A stretch of DNA of 64,000 bases from Macrostomum hystrix (GCA_950097015.1 CATNEN010000029.1:1426001-1490000), one strand, 5' to 3'; counted from the stretch's first letter, positions 13,127 to 27,262 are shown. The notes: generated by a model not told the origin, from the letters alone. Made by a program: numbers and translations.

Positions 13127-15520
13127 TCAGCCATTGGTCTCGCCGTCCAAGGCCAGGAGGGACGGATCGCTGCTAACTGACGAGTGCAGCATCTCAGAGA
13201 ACAGCTGCGGCATTCTGATAGCCTGTTTATCAAAGTAGGAGGCCCAGAAGCCAAGGCAGAACAGCCGGATTGTATTGATGCGGCCAGACATGGCCAGCAG
13301 GCGAGTGCGCCTGACAGTGTCCGGGCAGACCCGGCGCAGCTCTCTGATGAACCTGGCCTGCAGATTTTCTATTTCTTCCGCATTGTCAAACTGTTGGCCA
13401 GGCGGGCATTGCAGCAGGAATATGGTCTTCAATAGTAGGTACTCCATCCTGGTCACACCCCATTCGGTCAGCAGGCCGGCCGTTAGTCGAACCTGCTGTC
13501 TGGCGCGCATCGCGATGGCATCGCTGAACATGTTCGGCCGGGTGGAGGGCACAGAGACGTTGCCGGCGAAGTGAATAATACCCGAGTATGGCACGGAGTT
13601 CATTGACACCTCGAAGGCGACCAGGCCGGCCCAGTGGGTCTGCAGCAGGCGGATCCGGTCCGGCAGGGAGATCGAGGAGAATCCGGGCAGTCGTTTGGCG
13701 AATTCTACCAGGCGTGCTGAGTGCCGGTCCAGGCACGGCAGCACGATGATGGCGAGGTTTCGCGAATCCACGGAGTTGAAGTCTTCGCCAATGGTGTTCT
13801 CCATGTTGAAGATGGGAAGGTCCAGAGCTTGCAAGGCCTATAGCGGGTGTTAGAGATTGCGCAGGGTGCACAAGCTGAGGCACGGCAGAGAGATAGAAGA
13901 GTGAGAGAGGGAGATGGAGACGGAGAGAGAGGGGGAGATGGAGACGGAGAGAGAGGGAGATGGAGACGGAGAGAGAGGGAGATGGAGACGGAGAGAGAGG
14001 GAGATGGAGACGGAGAGAGAGGGAGATGGAGACGGAGAGAGAGGGGGAGATGGAGACGGAGAGAGAGGGGGAGATGGAGACGGAGAGAGAGGGGGAGATG
14101 GAGACGGAGAGAGAGGGAGATGGAGACGGAGAGAGGGAGATGGAGACGGAGAGAGAGGGAGATGGAGACGGAGAGAGAGGGAGATGGAGACGGAGAGAGA
14201 GGGGGAGATGGAGACGGAGAGAGAGGGGGAGATGGAGACGGAGAGAGAGGGAGATGGAGACGGAGAGAGAGGGGGAGATGGAGACGGAGAGAGAGGGAGA
14301 TGGAGACGGAGATAGAGGGAGATGGAGACGGAGAGAGGGAGATGGAGACGGAGAGAGAGGGAGATGGAGACGGAGAGAGAGGGAGATGGAGACGGAGAGA
14401 GAGGGGGAGATGGAGACGGAGAGAGAGGGGGAGATGGAGACGGAGAGAGAGGGAGATGGAGACGGAGAGAGAGGGGGAGATGGAGACGGAGAGAGAGGGG
14501 GAGATGGAGACGGAGAGAGAGGGGGAGATGGAGACGGAGAGAGAGGGAGATGGAGACGGAGAGAGAGGGAGATGGAGACGGAGAGAGAGGGGGAGATGGA
14601 GACGGAGAGAGAGGGAGATGGAGACGGAGAGAGAGGGAGATGGAGACGGAGAGAGAGGGAGATGGAGACGGAGAGAGAGGGGGAGATGGAGACGGAGAGA
14701 GAGGGAGATGGAGACGGAGATAGAGGGAGATGGAGAGAGAGAGGGAGATGGAGACGGAGAGAGAGGGAGATGGAGACGGAGAGGGGGAGGCAGAGAGGGT
14801 GATGGAGATAAGAGGTAAGAGAGAGGAGAGAACCTCCAATCCCAAGCACCAACGAAATAAACGCAGGCGATTTAGCTCGTAATTAAAGTTATCGCAATTT
14901 TTTTAAAGAGAGTGTGAGAGGTGGAAAAGCAGATGTAGCGATAGTGAGAGGCCAGTTTCATAAAGCTAGCAAACCTCGGTCAGCGTTTCACGGCCGCAGC
15001 TTCCGTCCTCCGGTGAGGGCGGTGACGGGGTTTCGCCGCCTCTACCGCCGCCACGTTTTGCTGAAATCACCGAGGCAACCGAGACAGAGGCGGCAGCCGA
15101 GGCGGACGAGGCAACGGCAGTAGCGGCAGCCCTGGCGGCGGCCCTGGCGGCGGCCCTGGCAGCCGAAGCCTCCGCCCGACGCAGCCGGGGATAACGCTCA
15201 GACTCGGTGCCCGGAGCCACAGTGCGGAGCATACCCGGCCGCATGCCGGACATCAGGCAGCGGCGCCAGCGGCATGCCGGACACTGCTTGCGGCTGGCGT
15301 TGTTGACAGCGCACAGCGGCGGTGGTTGCTGCTGCTGCTGGCCGTCAGCATTGCCAACGCACTGGTAGGTCAAGCAGGAGTGCACTGTTCGCTTAAAGAA
15401 CGCTTTGCAAGCATTGCACGTGGCCGCTCCGTAATGCACCCCGGTGGCTGGGAGGCCGCAGACGGCACAAAAACCAACGGAGGAGACGGACGAGCCACTG
15501 AGAAACTCGAAGTCACTCAT
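13127..15520 (-). CDS. Nuclear receptor paralog A, ERR/NR3B-like, P-box CNACKA (~418 aa)
   Basis: complement(join(13127..13837,14975..15520)) = 1257 nt; phase-0 intron GAG|GTTTGC...TATAG|GCC. C4 zinc fingers CAVC...HYGAATCNACKAFFKR...CPACRWRRC. LBD signature FAKRLPGFSSISLPDRIRLL and AF-2-like QLFSEML. Confidence 0.9.
13900..14800. repeat. Purine-rich 20/22-bp minisatellite (GAGAGGGAGATGGAGACGGA)n filling the NR-A intron
   Basis: Direct reading; units vary in GA/GG length. Confidence 0.95.
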
Positions 15521-15629
15521 TGCTGAATCTCTTTAATCAACTGAAAAATTGACAGCCCGCTAGTGCTTCTGGAAGTGTTCGCGCAGTCTTTCCAAATTTC
15601 GGCTGAAATTCAAGCGAGCTTTTGTCTAT

Positions 15630-16870
15630 GCCATTTCTGTCACTCCATCTGCCTGTATTTCTGTCACTCCATCCGCTTGTATTTCTGTCACTCCATCTGC
15701 CTGTATTTCTGTCACTCCATCCGCCTGCATTTCTGTCACTCCACCTGCCTGTATTTCTGTCACTCCATCCGCCTGCATTTCTGTCACTCCACCTGCCTGT
15801 ATTTCTGTCACTCCATCCGCCTGTATTTCTGTCACTCCATCCGCCTGTATTTCTGTCACTCCATCCGCCCTTATTTCTGTCACTCCATCCGCCTGTATTT
15901 CTGTCACTCCATCTGCCTGCACTTCTGTCACTCCATCCGCCTGTATTTTTGTCACTCCATCTGCCTGCACTTCTGTCACTCCATCCGCCTGTATTTCTGT
16001 CACTCCATCCGCCTGTATTTCTGTCACTCCATCTGCCTGCACTTCTGTCACTCCATCTGCCTGTATTTCTGTCACACCATCTGCCTGTATTTCTGTCACT
16101 CCATCCGCCTGTATTTCTGTCACTCCATCTGCCTGTATTTCTGTCACTCCATCTGCCTGTATTTCTGTCACTCCATCCGCCTGTATTTCTGTCACTCCAT
16201 CTGCCTGTATTTCTGTCACTCCATCCGCCTGTATTTCTGTCACTCCATCCGCCTGTATTTCTGTCACTCCATCCGCCTGCATTTCTGTCACTCCACCTGC
16301 CCGTATTTCTGTCACTCCATCCGCCTGTATTTTTGTCACTCCATCCGCCTGTATTTCTGTCACTCCGTCTGCCTGCACTTCTGTCACTCCATCCGCCTGT
16401 ATTTCTGTCACTCCATCCGCCTGTATTTCTGTCACTCCATCCGCCTGCATTTCTGTCACTCCACCTGCCCGTATTTCTGTCACTCCATCCGCCTGTATTT
16501 CTGTCACTCCATCTGCCTGCACTTCTGGCACTCCATCCGCCTGTATTTCTGTCACTCCATCTGCCTGCACTGCTGTCACTCCATCTGCCTGTATTTTTGT
16601 CACTCCATCCGCCTGTATTTCTGTCACTCCATCCGCCTGTATTTCTGTCACTCCATCTGCCTGCACTGCTGTCACTCCATCTGCCTGTATTTCTGTCACT
16701 CCACCTGCCTGTATTTCTGTCACTCCACCTGCCCGTATTTCTGTCACTCCATCCGCCTGTATTTTTGTCACTCCATCTGCCTGTATTTCTGTCACTCCAT
16801 CTGCCTGCACTTCTGTCACTCCATCCGCCTGTATTTCTGTCACTCCATCCGCCTGTATTTCTGTCACTCC
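15630..16870. repeat. 24-bp minisatellite (TATTTCTGTCACTCCATCCGCCTG)n
   Basis: About 51 units, beginning ~110 bp upstream of the NR-A ATG. Confidence 0.96.
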
Positions 16871-17224
16871 AGTTTTTGTTACTGCCCGCACAATAAATAG
16901 GTAACTAATCACTTAGTGGCTGATCTAACTTTGGTAAAATAATACAAGAAATAGCGCTCTAAAAACACTATTATTAAGTAGAAAAGATTTGCCTGTATGC
17001 AAAGAATTTTACTGACGAATAATAAAGCATAAGTAAAATAGTCTGTCGCAGCATCAGGGGAGTGTTATGCAAATTATACTTTTCCTTTATTGGTTTTGAT
17101 ATACGGAACATCTTATTTATGAATAGGTAAAAATATACATGCATTGTCAGTCTTAAAAGTTTATATGAAACAGATTTGCACAGCAATTCTACTTCAGATC
17201 AAATTTAAAAAATATCTATCAGGA

Positions 17225-17445
17225 TCTGTCACTGTATCTACCCGTGTCACTGAATCGACCTGTGTCACTGAATCTACCTGTGTCACTGAATCTACCTGTG
17301 TCACTGAATCTACCTGTGTCACTGAATCTACCTGTGTCACTGTATCTACCTGTCACTGAATCTACCTGTGTCACTGTATCTACCTGTCACTGAATCGACC
17401 TGTGTCACTGAATCTACCTGTGTCACTGAATCTACCTGTGTCACT
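17225..17445. repeat. 18-bp minisatellite (TGTCACTGAATCTACCTG)n
   Basis: About 12 units read directly. Confidence 0.9.
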
Positions 17446-18316
17446 AAACCCTGTGTCTGTCACGGGTCAGTAACCGTCGAAACGGATGAAAAACAAAAAT
17501 AAAAATAAAATAAAAATGCTTTGTACATGTTTGAATTTCTTGGACGAGCGAAGATAAAAAATCTAACGTTTTTTGCTAGAATTATTAAAATTTAAATTTT
17601 AATATTGAAACTAGGCGTGAATTTATCTAATCAGTGATAGTCAATTTTAGGTCATATTACCATTATATATGTATCTACAGTTGAACATGTAGAAAATATA
17701 AACAATATAAACACAAGAATAAAGTAAACCTATGCTATGCTAATTGAGTAACCTGATTGATAGATAATATCAAGCTAATCGAATGAATTCATTAAAGGAA
17801 AACTACTTTGAGTATGACAAACTTTGCTCAACTAGTCAAGGCGTAAGTTTTAACTAATGTGAAATTATTTAAAAAATCGACACAGCCATGGTTAATTGGG
17901 AAAAAGTAAAATCGGAAACCGAAAGTACAAAAAAATCAAGACGTAAAAAATCTATTTCGAGTAGAAGAAATCACAAAGCACTTACATACAGAAACATATT
18001 AAAGCATCGATGCATTCCGGATATCAATCAACATAACAAACTTCGTGTTCATATTAGACAAGATAGTCTTCCATCCCACGCCAAAATCTAAATTCACTCA
18101 AAGTCCACCCACTCAATGTACTCTCGCTCAACGCCCACCCCACGCCAAATGTACATTCGTTCAGTCTAGCCTACGTGCGATGTACATTAGCTGAACGACC
18201 AACTCATGTCAAGTGTACACTTCCTTAAAGTCTACCCTACCCCTGATGTACATTTGCACCACAACCACAAGACGCTTAAATTTAATCACGCTCATCCTCA
18301 ACCCACGATTGTACTT

Positions 18317-21300
18317 TTAAATTCTCTGCGAAGAAACTGCATGCGGAATTTCATTCAAAGAAAACTGCAGTATCTCAGACATTAGCTGGGGCGGTAGGAA
18401 GGCGTTGCTGCGCACCACAGTCGACCAGAAGCCAACTGAAGCAATCTTCAGCGCCATCAGATTGCTCAGCAGCATGAGCAGACTGCTCCGTCGCAAACTA
18501 TCCGGACAGAGCTGGCGCAGCTCGCGCAGGTAACCGGCTTGAACCTGTTCGATCTGGCCGGAGTCCTGCCACTCATGACCGGCTGGGCATTCCAATAGGA
18601 AGATGGCTTTTAGCAGTAGAAATTCATATCGGGTCACCTGGTTAGGGGTTAGGTAATTTTGATGATGCACTTGAGGTGCACTTGAAAGATATCTATTACG
18701 TTGTGAAATTTCGACTTTGTGAAAGCACCCCTATGTCTCATCCCACCCAGCCCATTTAGTTGTCTGCTCTGTCTGTTCTTTCTCTCCCCCCTCTCCCTAT
18801 GTACGCTTGCTGTTAGTACGTTATCGATTTTTTCTTTGCCTAGTCTTAGCTTTGAATTCTCTATTTGTATGCGCCCCACCCGCGGCTATTTAATCTCCAC
18901 AATTCACCCACCCCAATTAAATGAACATGAGCGGCTATTTAATCTCCACAATTCACCCACCCCAATTAAATGAACATAAGCGGCTATTTAATCTCCACAA
19001 TTCACCCACCCCAATTAAATGAACATGAGCGGCTATTAAATCTCCACAATTCACCCACCCCAATTAAATGAACATGAGCGGCTATTTAATTTCTACAATT
19101 CACCCACCCCAATTAAATGAACATGAGCGGCTATTTAATCTCCACAATTCACCCACCCCAATTAAATGAACATGAGCGGCTATTTAATCTCCACAATTCA
19201 CCCACCCCAATTAAATGAACATGAGCGGCTATTTAATCTCCACAATTCACCCACCCCAATTAAATGAACATGAGCGGCTATTTAATCTCCACAATTCACC
19301 CACCCCAATTAAATGAACATGAGCGGCTATTTAATCTCCACAATTCACCCACCCCAATTAAATGAACATGAGCGACTATTTAATCTCCACAATTCACCCA
19401 CCCCAATTAAATGAACATGAGCGGCTATTTTATCTCCACAATTCACCCACCCCAATTAAATGAACATGAGCGGCTATTTAATCTCCACAATTCACCCACC
19501 CCAATTAAATGAACATGAGCGGCTATTTAATCTCCACAATTCACCCACCCCAATTAAATGAACATGAGCGGCTATTTAATCTCCACAATTCACCCACCCC
19601 AATTAAATGAACATGAGCGGCTATTTAATCTCCACAATTCACCCACTCCAATTAAATGAACATGAGCGGCTATTTAATCTCCACAATTCACCCACCCCAA
19701 TTAAATGAACATGAGCGGCTATTTAATCTCCACAATTCACCCACCCCAATTAAATGAACATGAGCGGCTATTTAATCTCCACAATTCACCCACCCCAATT
19801 AAATGAACATGAGCGGCTATTTAATCTCCACAATTCACCCACCCCAATTAAATGAACATGAGCGGCTATTTAATCTCCACAATTCACCCACTCCAATTAA
19901 ATGAACATGAGCGGCTATTTAATCTCCACAATTCACCCACCCCAATTAAATGAACATGAGCGGCTATTTTATCTCCAAATTCACCCACCCCAATTAAATG
20001 AACATGAGCGGCTATTTTATCTCCACAATTCACCCACCCCAATTAAATGAACATGAGCGGCTATTTAATCTCCACAATTCACCCACCCCAATTAAATGAA
20101 CATGAGCGGCTATTTAATCTCCACAATTCACCCACCCCAATTAAATGAACATGAGCGGCTATTTAATCTCCACAATTCACCCACCCCAATTAAATGAACA
20201 TGAGCGGCTATTTAATCTCCACAATTCACCCACCCCAATTAAATGAACATGAGCGGCTATTTAATCTCCACAATTCACCCACCCCAATTAAATGAACATG
20301 AGCGGCTATTTAATCTCCACAATTCACCCACCCCAATTAAATGAACATGAGCGGCTATTTAATCTCCACAATTCACCCACCCCAATTAAATGAACATGAG
20401 CGGCTATTTAATCTCCACAATTCACCCACCCCAATTAAATGAACATGAGCGGCTACAAGGTCGGCCTACCGTGCATGCTGTTTTAGCTCTCGCCGTGTTA
20501 CCCAAAGACGGTCTCTGACAAAGCGGTTCAAATTTAACAAAAAATTGTTCCAATAAATCACCTGCCACAATGTTAGCCATCTAATCAAGCAGCGTAATTG
20601 TTGGCCAGTTTTTGGCGAGAATATTCCACGAAACTGATGTCCGTAGCTCTCGTCCATGGCCAGGTCGGTGCAAAACACAATATTGCCATTGTAAGGCACC
20701 GAGTTGATCGCCACTTCCAGTGCGCACAGATCAAGGCAGTGCAGCTGCAGCAGCAGCACCTGTGCAATCAGTGCGATCGATTATTGAAGTTGAAATATCA
20801 TAGACTAGGAATTAGAAAGACAGTCAAACCCCTAGAGACACTCGCCTTATCCGGCATGGGCAGCGGGCCAAAGCCGGGCACAGATTTGGCAAACTTGACC
20901 AGATCCCCGATCAGCCGGTCCATGCACAGCGTCAGTGTGTAGGCTAGCCTAACCGGCGTCTCCGCATTGCCTGTAGCCGACACGTCGCTTAATGAGAACG
21001 TCGGCGAGTCAATGGAGATTAGCTGACTGAGCAATGTCAGCGATGAAGATTCCGACGACGAAGTTGGCTGCTGAGGCGGTGGAGGCGGTGGAGGCGGCGG
21101 AAGCATTTCTGTGGAGGCTGATGCTTCCGGTTGACTCTGCGAAGACTGCTGAAAACTGCTTCAATGTGTGAAAAAAGAACATCTGCTGGATATTTTCCGA
21201 AACAGTTGTAGAATAGACCATTAATTTTTATATATTTAAATCAGGGAAATAAGGATCAAAGATATGAGGATCAGGGATCTCAAGAATCAAGGATATAAGG

Positions 21301-23818
21301 ATCAAGGATATGAGGATCAGGGATCTCAAGGATCAGGGATATAAGGATCAAAGATCTGAGGATCAGGGATCTCAAGAATCAAGGATATAAGGATCAAGGA
21401 TATGAGGATCAGGGATCTCAAGGATCAGGGATTTCAAGGATCAGGGATCTCAAGGATCAAGGATATAAGGATCAGGGATATGAGGATCAGGGATATGAGG
21501 ATCAGGGATATGAGGATCAGGGATATGAGGATCAGGGATATGAGGATCAAAGATCTGAGGATCAGGGATATCAAGGATCAAGGATATAAGGATCAAGGAT
21601 ATAAGGATCAAGGATATAAGGATCAGGGATATGAGGATCAGGGATCTCAAGAATCAAGGATATAAGGATCAAGGATATAAGGATCAGGGATATGAGGATC
21701 AAGGATATAAGGATCAAGGATATAAGGATCAGGGATATCAAGGATCAAGGATATAAGGATCAGGGATCTCAAGAATCAAGGATATAAGGATCAAGGATAT
21801 AAGGATCAGGGATATAAGGATCAAGGATATAAGGATCAAGGATATAAGGATCAAGGATATAAGGATCAAGGATATAAGGATCAAGGATATAAGGATCAAG
21901 GATATAAGGATCAGGGATATGAGGATCAGGGATCTCAAGAATCAAGGATATAAGGATCAAGGATATAAGGATCAGGGATATGAGGATCAGGGATCTCAAG
22001 AATCAAGGATATAAGGATCAAGGATATAATGATCAGGGATATGAGGATCAAGGATATAAGGATCAAGGATATAAGGATCAGGGATATCAAGGATCAAGGA
22101 TATAAGGATCAAGGATATAAGGATCAAGGATATAAGGATCAAGGATATAAGGATCAAGGATATAAGGATCAAGGATATAAGGATCAGGGATATGAGGATC
22201 AGGGATCTCAAGAATCAAGGATATAAGGATCAAGGATATAAGGATCAGGGATATGAGGATCAGGGATCTCAAGAATCAAGGATATAAGGATCAGGGATAT
22301 GAGGATCAGGGATCTCAAGAATCAAGGATATAAGGATCAAGGATATAAGGATCAGGGATATGAGGATCAGGGATATGAGGATCAGGGATCTCAAGGATCA
22401 GGGATTTCAAGGATCAGGGATCTCAAGGATCAAGGATATAAGGATCAAAGATCTGAGGATCAGGGATCTCAAGAATCAAGGATATAAGGATCAGGGATTT
22501 GAGGATCAGGGATCTCAAGGATCAGGGATTTCAAGGATCAGGGATCTCAAGGATCAAGGATATAAGTATCAGGGATATGAGGATCTGGGATCTCAATATT
22601 CAGGAATCTCAATATTCAGGGATCTCAAGGATCAGGGATCTCAAGGATCTGGGATCTCAAGGATCTGGGATCTCAAGGATCAGGGATTTCAGTGATCAGG
22701 GATGTCAAAAATCAGGGATCTCAATCCTTATATCATTAACCTCAATCCTTATATCCTTATATCATGGATATAAGGATCAGTGATCTGAGGATCAGGGATC
22801 TAAGGTTCATGGATCTGAGGATCAGGGATCTGAGGATCATGGATCTGAGGATCAGGGATCTGAGGATCTTGGATCTGAGGATCATGGATCTGAGGATCAT
22901 GGATCTGAGGATCATGGATCTGAGGATCATGGATCTGAGGATCATGGATCTAAGGATCAAGGATCTGAGGATCATGGATCTGAGTATCTAAGAAACAGAG
23001 AATCAGGGATCTGAGGAGCAGGTTTCTGAGTATCTAAGAAACAGAGAATCAGGGATCATAGATCATGGATCTGAGGATCAAGGATCTGAGGATCATTGAT
23101 CTGAGGATCAGGGATCTGAGGATCATGGATCTGAGGATCTAAGAAACTGAGAATCAGGGATCTAGGGATCAGGGATCTGAAGATCAGGGATCTGAGGATC
23201 AAGGATCTGAGGATTAGGGATCTGAGGATCATGGATCTGAGGATTAGGATCTGAAGATCAGGGATCTGAGGATCAGGGATCTGAGGATTAGGGATCTGAA
23301 GATCAGGGATCCGAGGATCATGGATCTGAGGATCTAAGAAGCAGAGAATCGGGGATTTGAGGAGCAGGTATCTGAGTATCGAGCATCACCTACCCCTGAG
23401 CAGCAGTCTCTTGCTGCCGCAGCCTCGGATATCGACTGCTCTCAGTGCCGGCCTCCACGCTGCGCAGCATGCCAGGCTGCATGTTGGCCCGCACACAGCG
23501 CCGCCACCGGCAGGCCGGGCACTGCTTTCTGTTGGGCTCCCGCACTGGGCAAAGTTCGTCGGCTCCAGAATAGCGCCTGGCGCATTGGTAGGTCAGGCAG
23601 GAGTGCACGGTGCGCTTAAAGAACGTCTTGCACGCGTTGCACGTGGCGGCGCCGTAGTGAACGCCGGTGGCGCGCAGGTCGCACACAGAGCAGCCACCCA
23701 GGATGTCAATGATTGGACGCTCCTGCTGCTGCTGCTGCTGATTCTGCTGCTGATGATTAGCAGAAGCCGACGCATCGGCATCAATAACTATAGCCGTGTC
23801 CTTTGTCTGTCCTGCCAG
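18317..23818 (-). CDS. Nuclear receptor paralog B, ERR/NR3B-like, P-box CNACKT (~417 aa plus an initiator Met; no in-frame ATG in the first visible exon)
   Basis: complement(join(18317..18637,20562..20759,20846..21155,23394..23818)); intron phases 2/0/0 are consistent, and the middle intron is GC-AG. DBD CSVC...CNACKTFFKR; LBD FAKSVPGFGPLPMPDK|VLLLQLH; C-terminal QLMSEIL. The exon opens at acceptor TTGCAG|CTG. Confidence 0.85.
18880..20456. repeat. 49-bp minisatellite in NR-B intron 3, ~32 highly homogeneous copies
   Basis: Unit AATCTCCACAATTCACCCACCCCAATTAAATGAACATGAGCGGCTATTT; period 49 checked at 18901/18950. Confidence 0.97.
21245..23375. repeat. 7/14-bp-based AGGATCA/AGGATAT satellite filling NR-B intron 1
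   Basis: About 2.1 kb of TAAGGATCAAGGATA / TGAGGATCAGGGATC variants. Confidence 0.95.
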
Positions 23819-23929
23819 CTGCAACCATAATAAATGAAAAGTTAAACTCTGCTGTTATTAGAAACATAAGTAAGTGTTTAAAACCTAAAAGTAAATTTTT
23901 AACACTACATCTGGAATCATGTAGGCCAT

Positions 23930-25350
23930 CTTAATCAGCCTACTTTGAGTAGCTAATCTCAACAAGCCTGTTCTGAGTAGCTAATCTCAACCAGCCTGCT
24001 TTGAGTAGCTAATCTCAACCAGCCTGTTCTGAGTAGCTAATCTCAAGCAGCCTACTTTGAGTAGCCAATCTCAAGCAGCCTGTTTTGAGTAGCTAATCTC
24101 AACCAGCCTACTTTGAGTAGCTAATCTCAACAAGCCTGTTCTGAGTAGCTAATCTCAACCAGCCTGCTTTGAGTAGCTAATCTCAACAAGCCTGTTCTGA
24201 GTAGCTAATCTCAACCAGCCTGCTTTGAGTAGCTAATCTCAACCAGCCTGCTTTGAGTAGCTAATCTCAACCAGCCTGTTCTGAGTAGCTAATCTCAAGC
24301 AGCCTACTTTGAGTAGCTAATCTCAAGCAGCCTACTTTGAGTAGCTAATCTCAAGCAGCCTACTTTGAGTAGCCAATCTCAAGCAGCCTACTTTGAGTAG
24401 CCAATCTCAAGCAGCCTGTTTTGAGTAGCTAATTTCAAACAGCCTGTTTTGAGTAGCTAATCTCAACCAGCCTACTTTGACTAGCTAATCTCAACCAGCC
24501 TACTTTGAGTAGCTAATCTCAACCAGCCTACTTTGAGTAGCTAATCTCAAGCAGCCTACTTTGAGTAGCCAATCTCAAGCAGCCTGTTTTGAGTAGCCAA
24601 TCTCAAGCAGCCTACTTTGAGTAGCTAATTTCAAACAACCTGTTTTGAGTAGCTAATCTCAAGCAGCCTACTTTGAGTAGCTAATCTCAAGCAGCCTACT
24701 TTGAGTAGCTAATCTCAAGCAGCCTACTTTGAGTAGCCAATCTCAAGCAGCCTACTTTGAGTAGCCAATCTCAAGCAGCCTGTTTTGAGTAGCTAATTTC
24801 AAACAGCCTGTTTTGAGTAGCTAATCTCAACCAGCCTACTTTGACTAGCTAATCTCAACCAGCCTACTTTGAGTAGCTAATCTCAACCAGCCTACTTTGA
24901 GTAGCTAATCTCAACCAGCCTACTTTGAGTAGCTAATCTCAAGCAGCCTACTTTGAGTAGCCAATCTCAAGCAGCCTGTTTTGAGTAGCCAATCTCAAGC
25001 AGCCTACTTTGAGTAGCCAATCTCAAGCAGCCTGTTTTGAGTAGCTAATTTCAAACAACCTGTTTTGAGTAGCTAATCTCAAGCAGCCTACTTTGAGTAG
25101 CTAATCTCAAGCAGCCTACTTTGAGTAGCCAATCTCAAGCAGCCTGTTTTGAGTAGCTAATTTCAAACAGCCTGTTTTGAGTAGCTAATCTCAACCAGCC
25201 TACTTTGACTAGCTAATCTCAACCAGCCTACTTTGAGTAGCTAATCTCAAGCAGCCTACTTTGAGTAGCTAATCTCAACCAGCCTACTTTAAGTAGCCAA
25301 TCTCAAGCAGCCTGTTTTGAGTAGCTAATCTCAACCAGCCGATTCTGAGC
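23930..25350. repeat. 28-bp near-palindromic satellite with 364-bp (13-mer) higher-order repeat
   Basis: Unit TGAGTAGCTAATCTCAACCAGCCTACTT. The variant block AATTTCAAACAG...TTGACTAG recurs at 24431, 24795 and 25159. Confidence 0.95.
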
Positions 25351-26319
25351 ACCTAAAGATAGTTTAGAGTAGTTGTCACGAAGAAACAGATTTAAAAAGA
25401 AATAAGCAAAGCCAGTTCAATCTGTGGAGACTGACTATAACAAAATAAAGAATGCAGTTAATTAAATTTCTCATTTTCTAGTAAACACAAGCAGTGCTGG
25501 TATCTTTCAAAACAAAAAAGTTTAAATGAAATTACAACAAAAAACGAAAAATGACAGGTAAACGAATCTAATACAAAAACTCAAATAACAACTGGGGGCA
25601 CATTTAACGGATACTTCAAATTGAATACTTAACTGCGGTCAGTTGAAAACTGTTGCTGGTTTTCTGATAATATTGGATTGTGTTTTGTCAATAAAATATC
25701 AACAGTTAAAACTGACTACTCTACTAAGCAGTAGTAAGTAACGCGCATTTTAACATATATCTTGGGAAAGAAGGGGCGCTTGTTGCGAACAAATTCAAAG
25801 AACAATTCAAATAATGAATAAAACCTATCTGTCTACTTGAAAAGAAATTTCAGTTATTCATCTATTATTAAATAAAGAGTCTTAGAAAAAACTCAGTAAC
25901 ATGATATTTTACTCTAAGATTGTAAGCAGGCAATTTAGTTTAAAACAGTAATCTGACTCACAAAGTAAAACTTCAACTTAAAATTAATCAACTTAAAGTG
26001 CAGCTGAAAAATAGCAAGTAGACATTAAACTGAATACATTGATCCAAAGCAATTGTGCACAAAATAGTGCAAAAACGCAAGTTAATAAACTAGACAAATG
26101 ACATATCAACAAAAACTTCCACAAGTACTATAAAGAATTGCTAGTCCATATTCGTCGCATGTTAGCTACTCATAGTGACTAAGTAGTATATAACTGCAAC
26201 TTTCTTATTTAAAAAGAAATTTTTTTATACAACATCATTGATAAAATATGCTCAGGGTACTCGCAAAATATATTTTCTTTTAGAACAAATTCAGATAAAA
26301 AAATTCTGAAAACCTAAAA

Positions 26320-27262
26320 GAGTGAATGACCAACTGAATGAACCATTGAATTGGACTGAATGACCAACTGAATGAACCATTGAATTGGAGTGAATGACCA
26401 ACTGAATGATACATTGAATTGGACTGAATGACCAACTGAATGAACCATTGAATTGGACTGAATGACATACTGAATGATACATTGAATTGGACTGAATGAC
26501 CAACTGAATGAACCATTGAATTGGAGTGAATGACCAACTGAATGAACCATTGAATTGGACTGAATGACCAACTGAATGAACCATTGAATTGGACTGAATG
26601 AGCAACTGAATGAACCATTGAATTGGACTGAATGACCAACTGAATGAACCATTGAATTGGAGTGAATGACCAACTGAATGAACCATTGAATTGGACTGAA
26701 TGACATACTGAATGATACATTGAATTGGACTGAATGACCAACTGAATGAACCATTGAATTGGAGTGAATGACCAACTGAATGAACCATTGAATTGGACTG
26801 AATGACCAACTGAATGAACCATTGAATTGGACTGAATGAGCAACTGAATGAACCATTGAATTGGACTGAATGACCAACTGAATGAACCATTGAATTGGAG
26901 TGAATGACCAACTGAATGAACCATTGAATTGGACTGAATGACCAACTGAATGAACCATTGAATTGGACTGAATGACCAACTGAATGAACCATTGAATTGG
27001 ACTGAATGACCAACTGAATGAACCATTGAATTGGACTGAATGAGCAACTGAATGAACCATTGAATTGGACTGAATGACCAACTGAATGAACCATTGAATT
27101 GGAGTGAATGACCAACTGAATGAACCATTGAATTGGACTGAATGACCAACTGAATGAACCATTGAATTGGAGTGAATGACCAACTGAATGAACCATTGAA
27201 TTGGACTGAATGACCAACTGAATGAACCATTGAATTGGACTGAATGACTAACTGAATGAACC
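26320..27262. repeat. 34-bp minisatellite (TGAATGACCAACTGAATGAACCATTGAATTGGAC)n
   Basis: About 27 units; period checked at 26881/26915. Confidence 0.96.

Noticed and set aside
13386-16912. Long SPSPSPSL, METERE, FCHSI and VTEIQADG ORFs
   Set aside because: They lie in intronic or intergenic minisatellites; the true NR-A reading frame splices across them.
18641-18655. Telomere-like GGTTAGGGGTTAGG
   Set aside because: Only two imperfect units, next to a splice acceptor; not distinguishable from chance.
18880-20456. CRISPR-like regular arrays (here and other minisatellites)
   Set aside because: The units are head-to-tail without unique spacers, no cas genes are present, and the context is eukaryotic intron.
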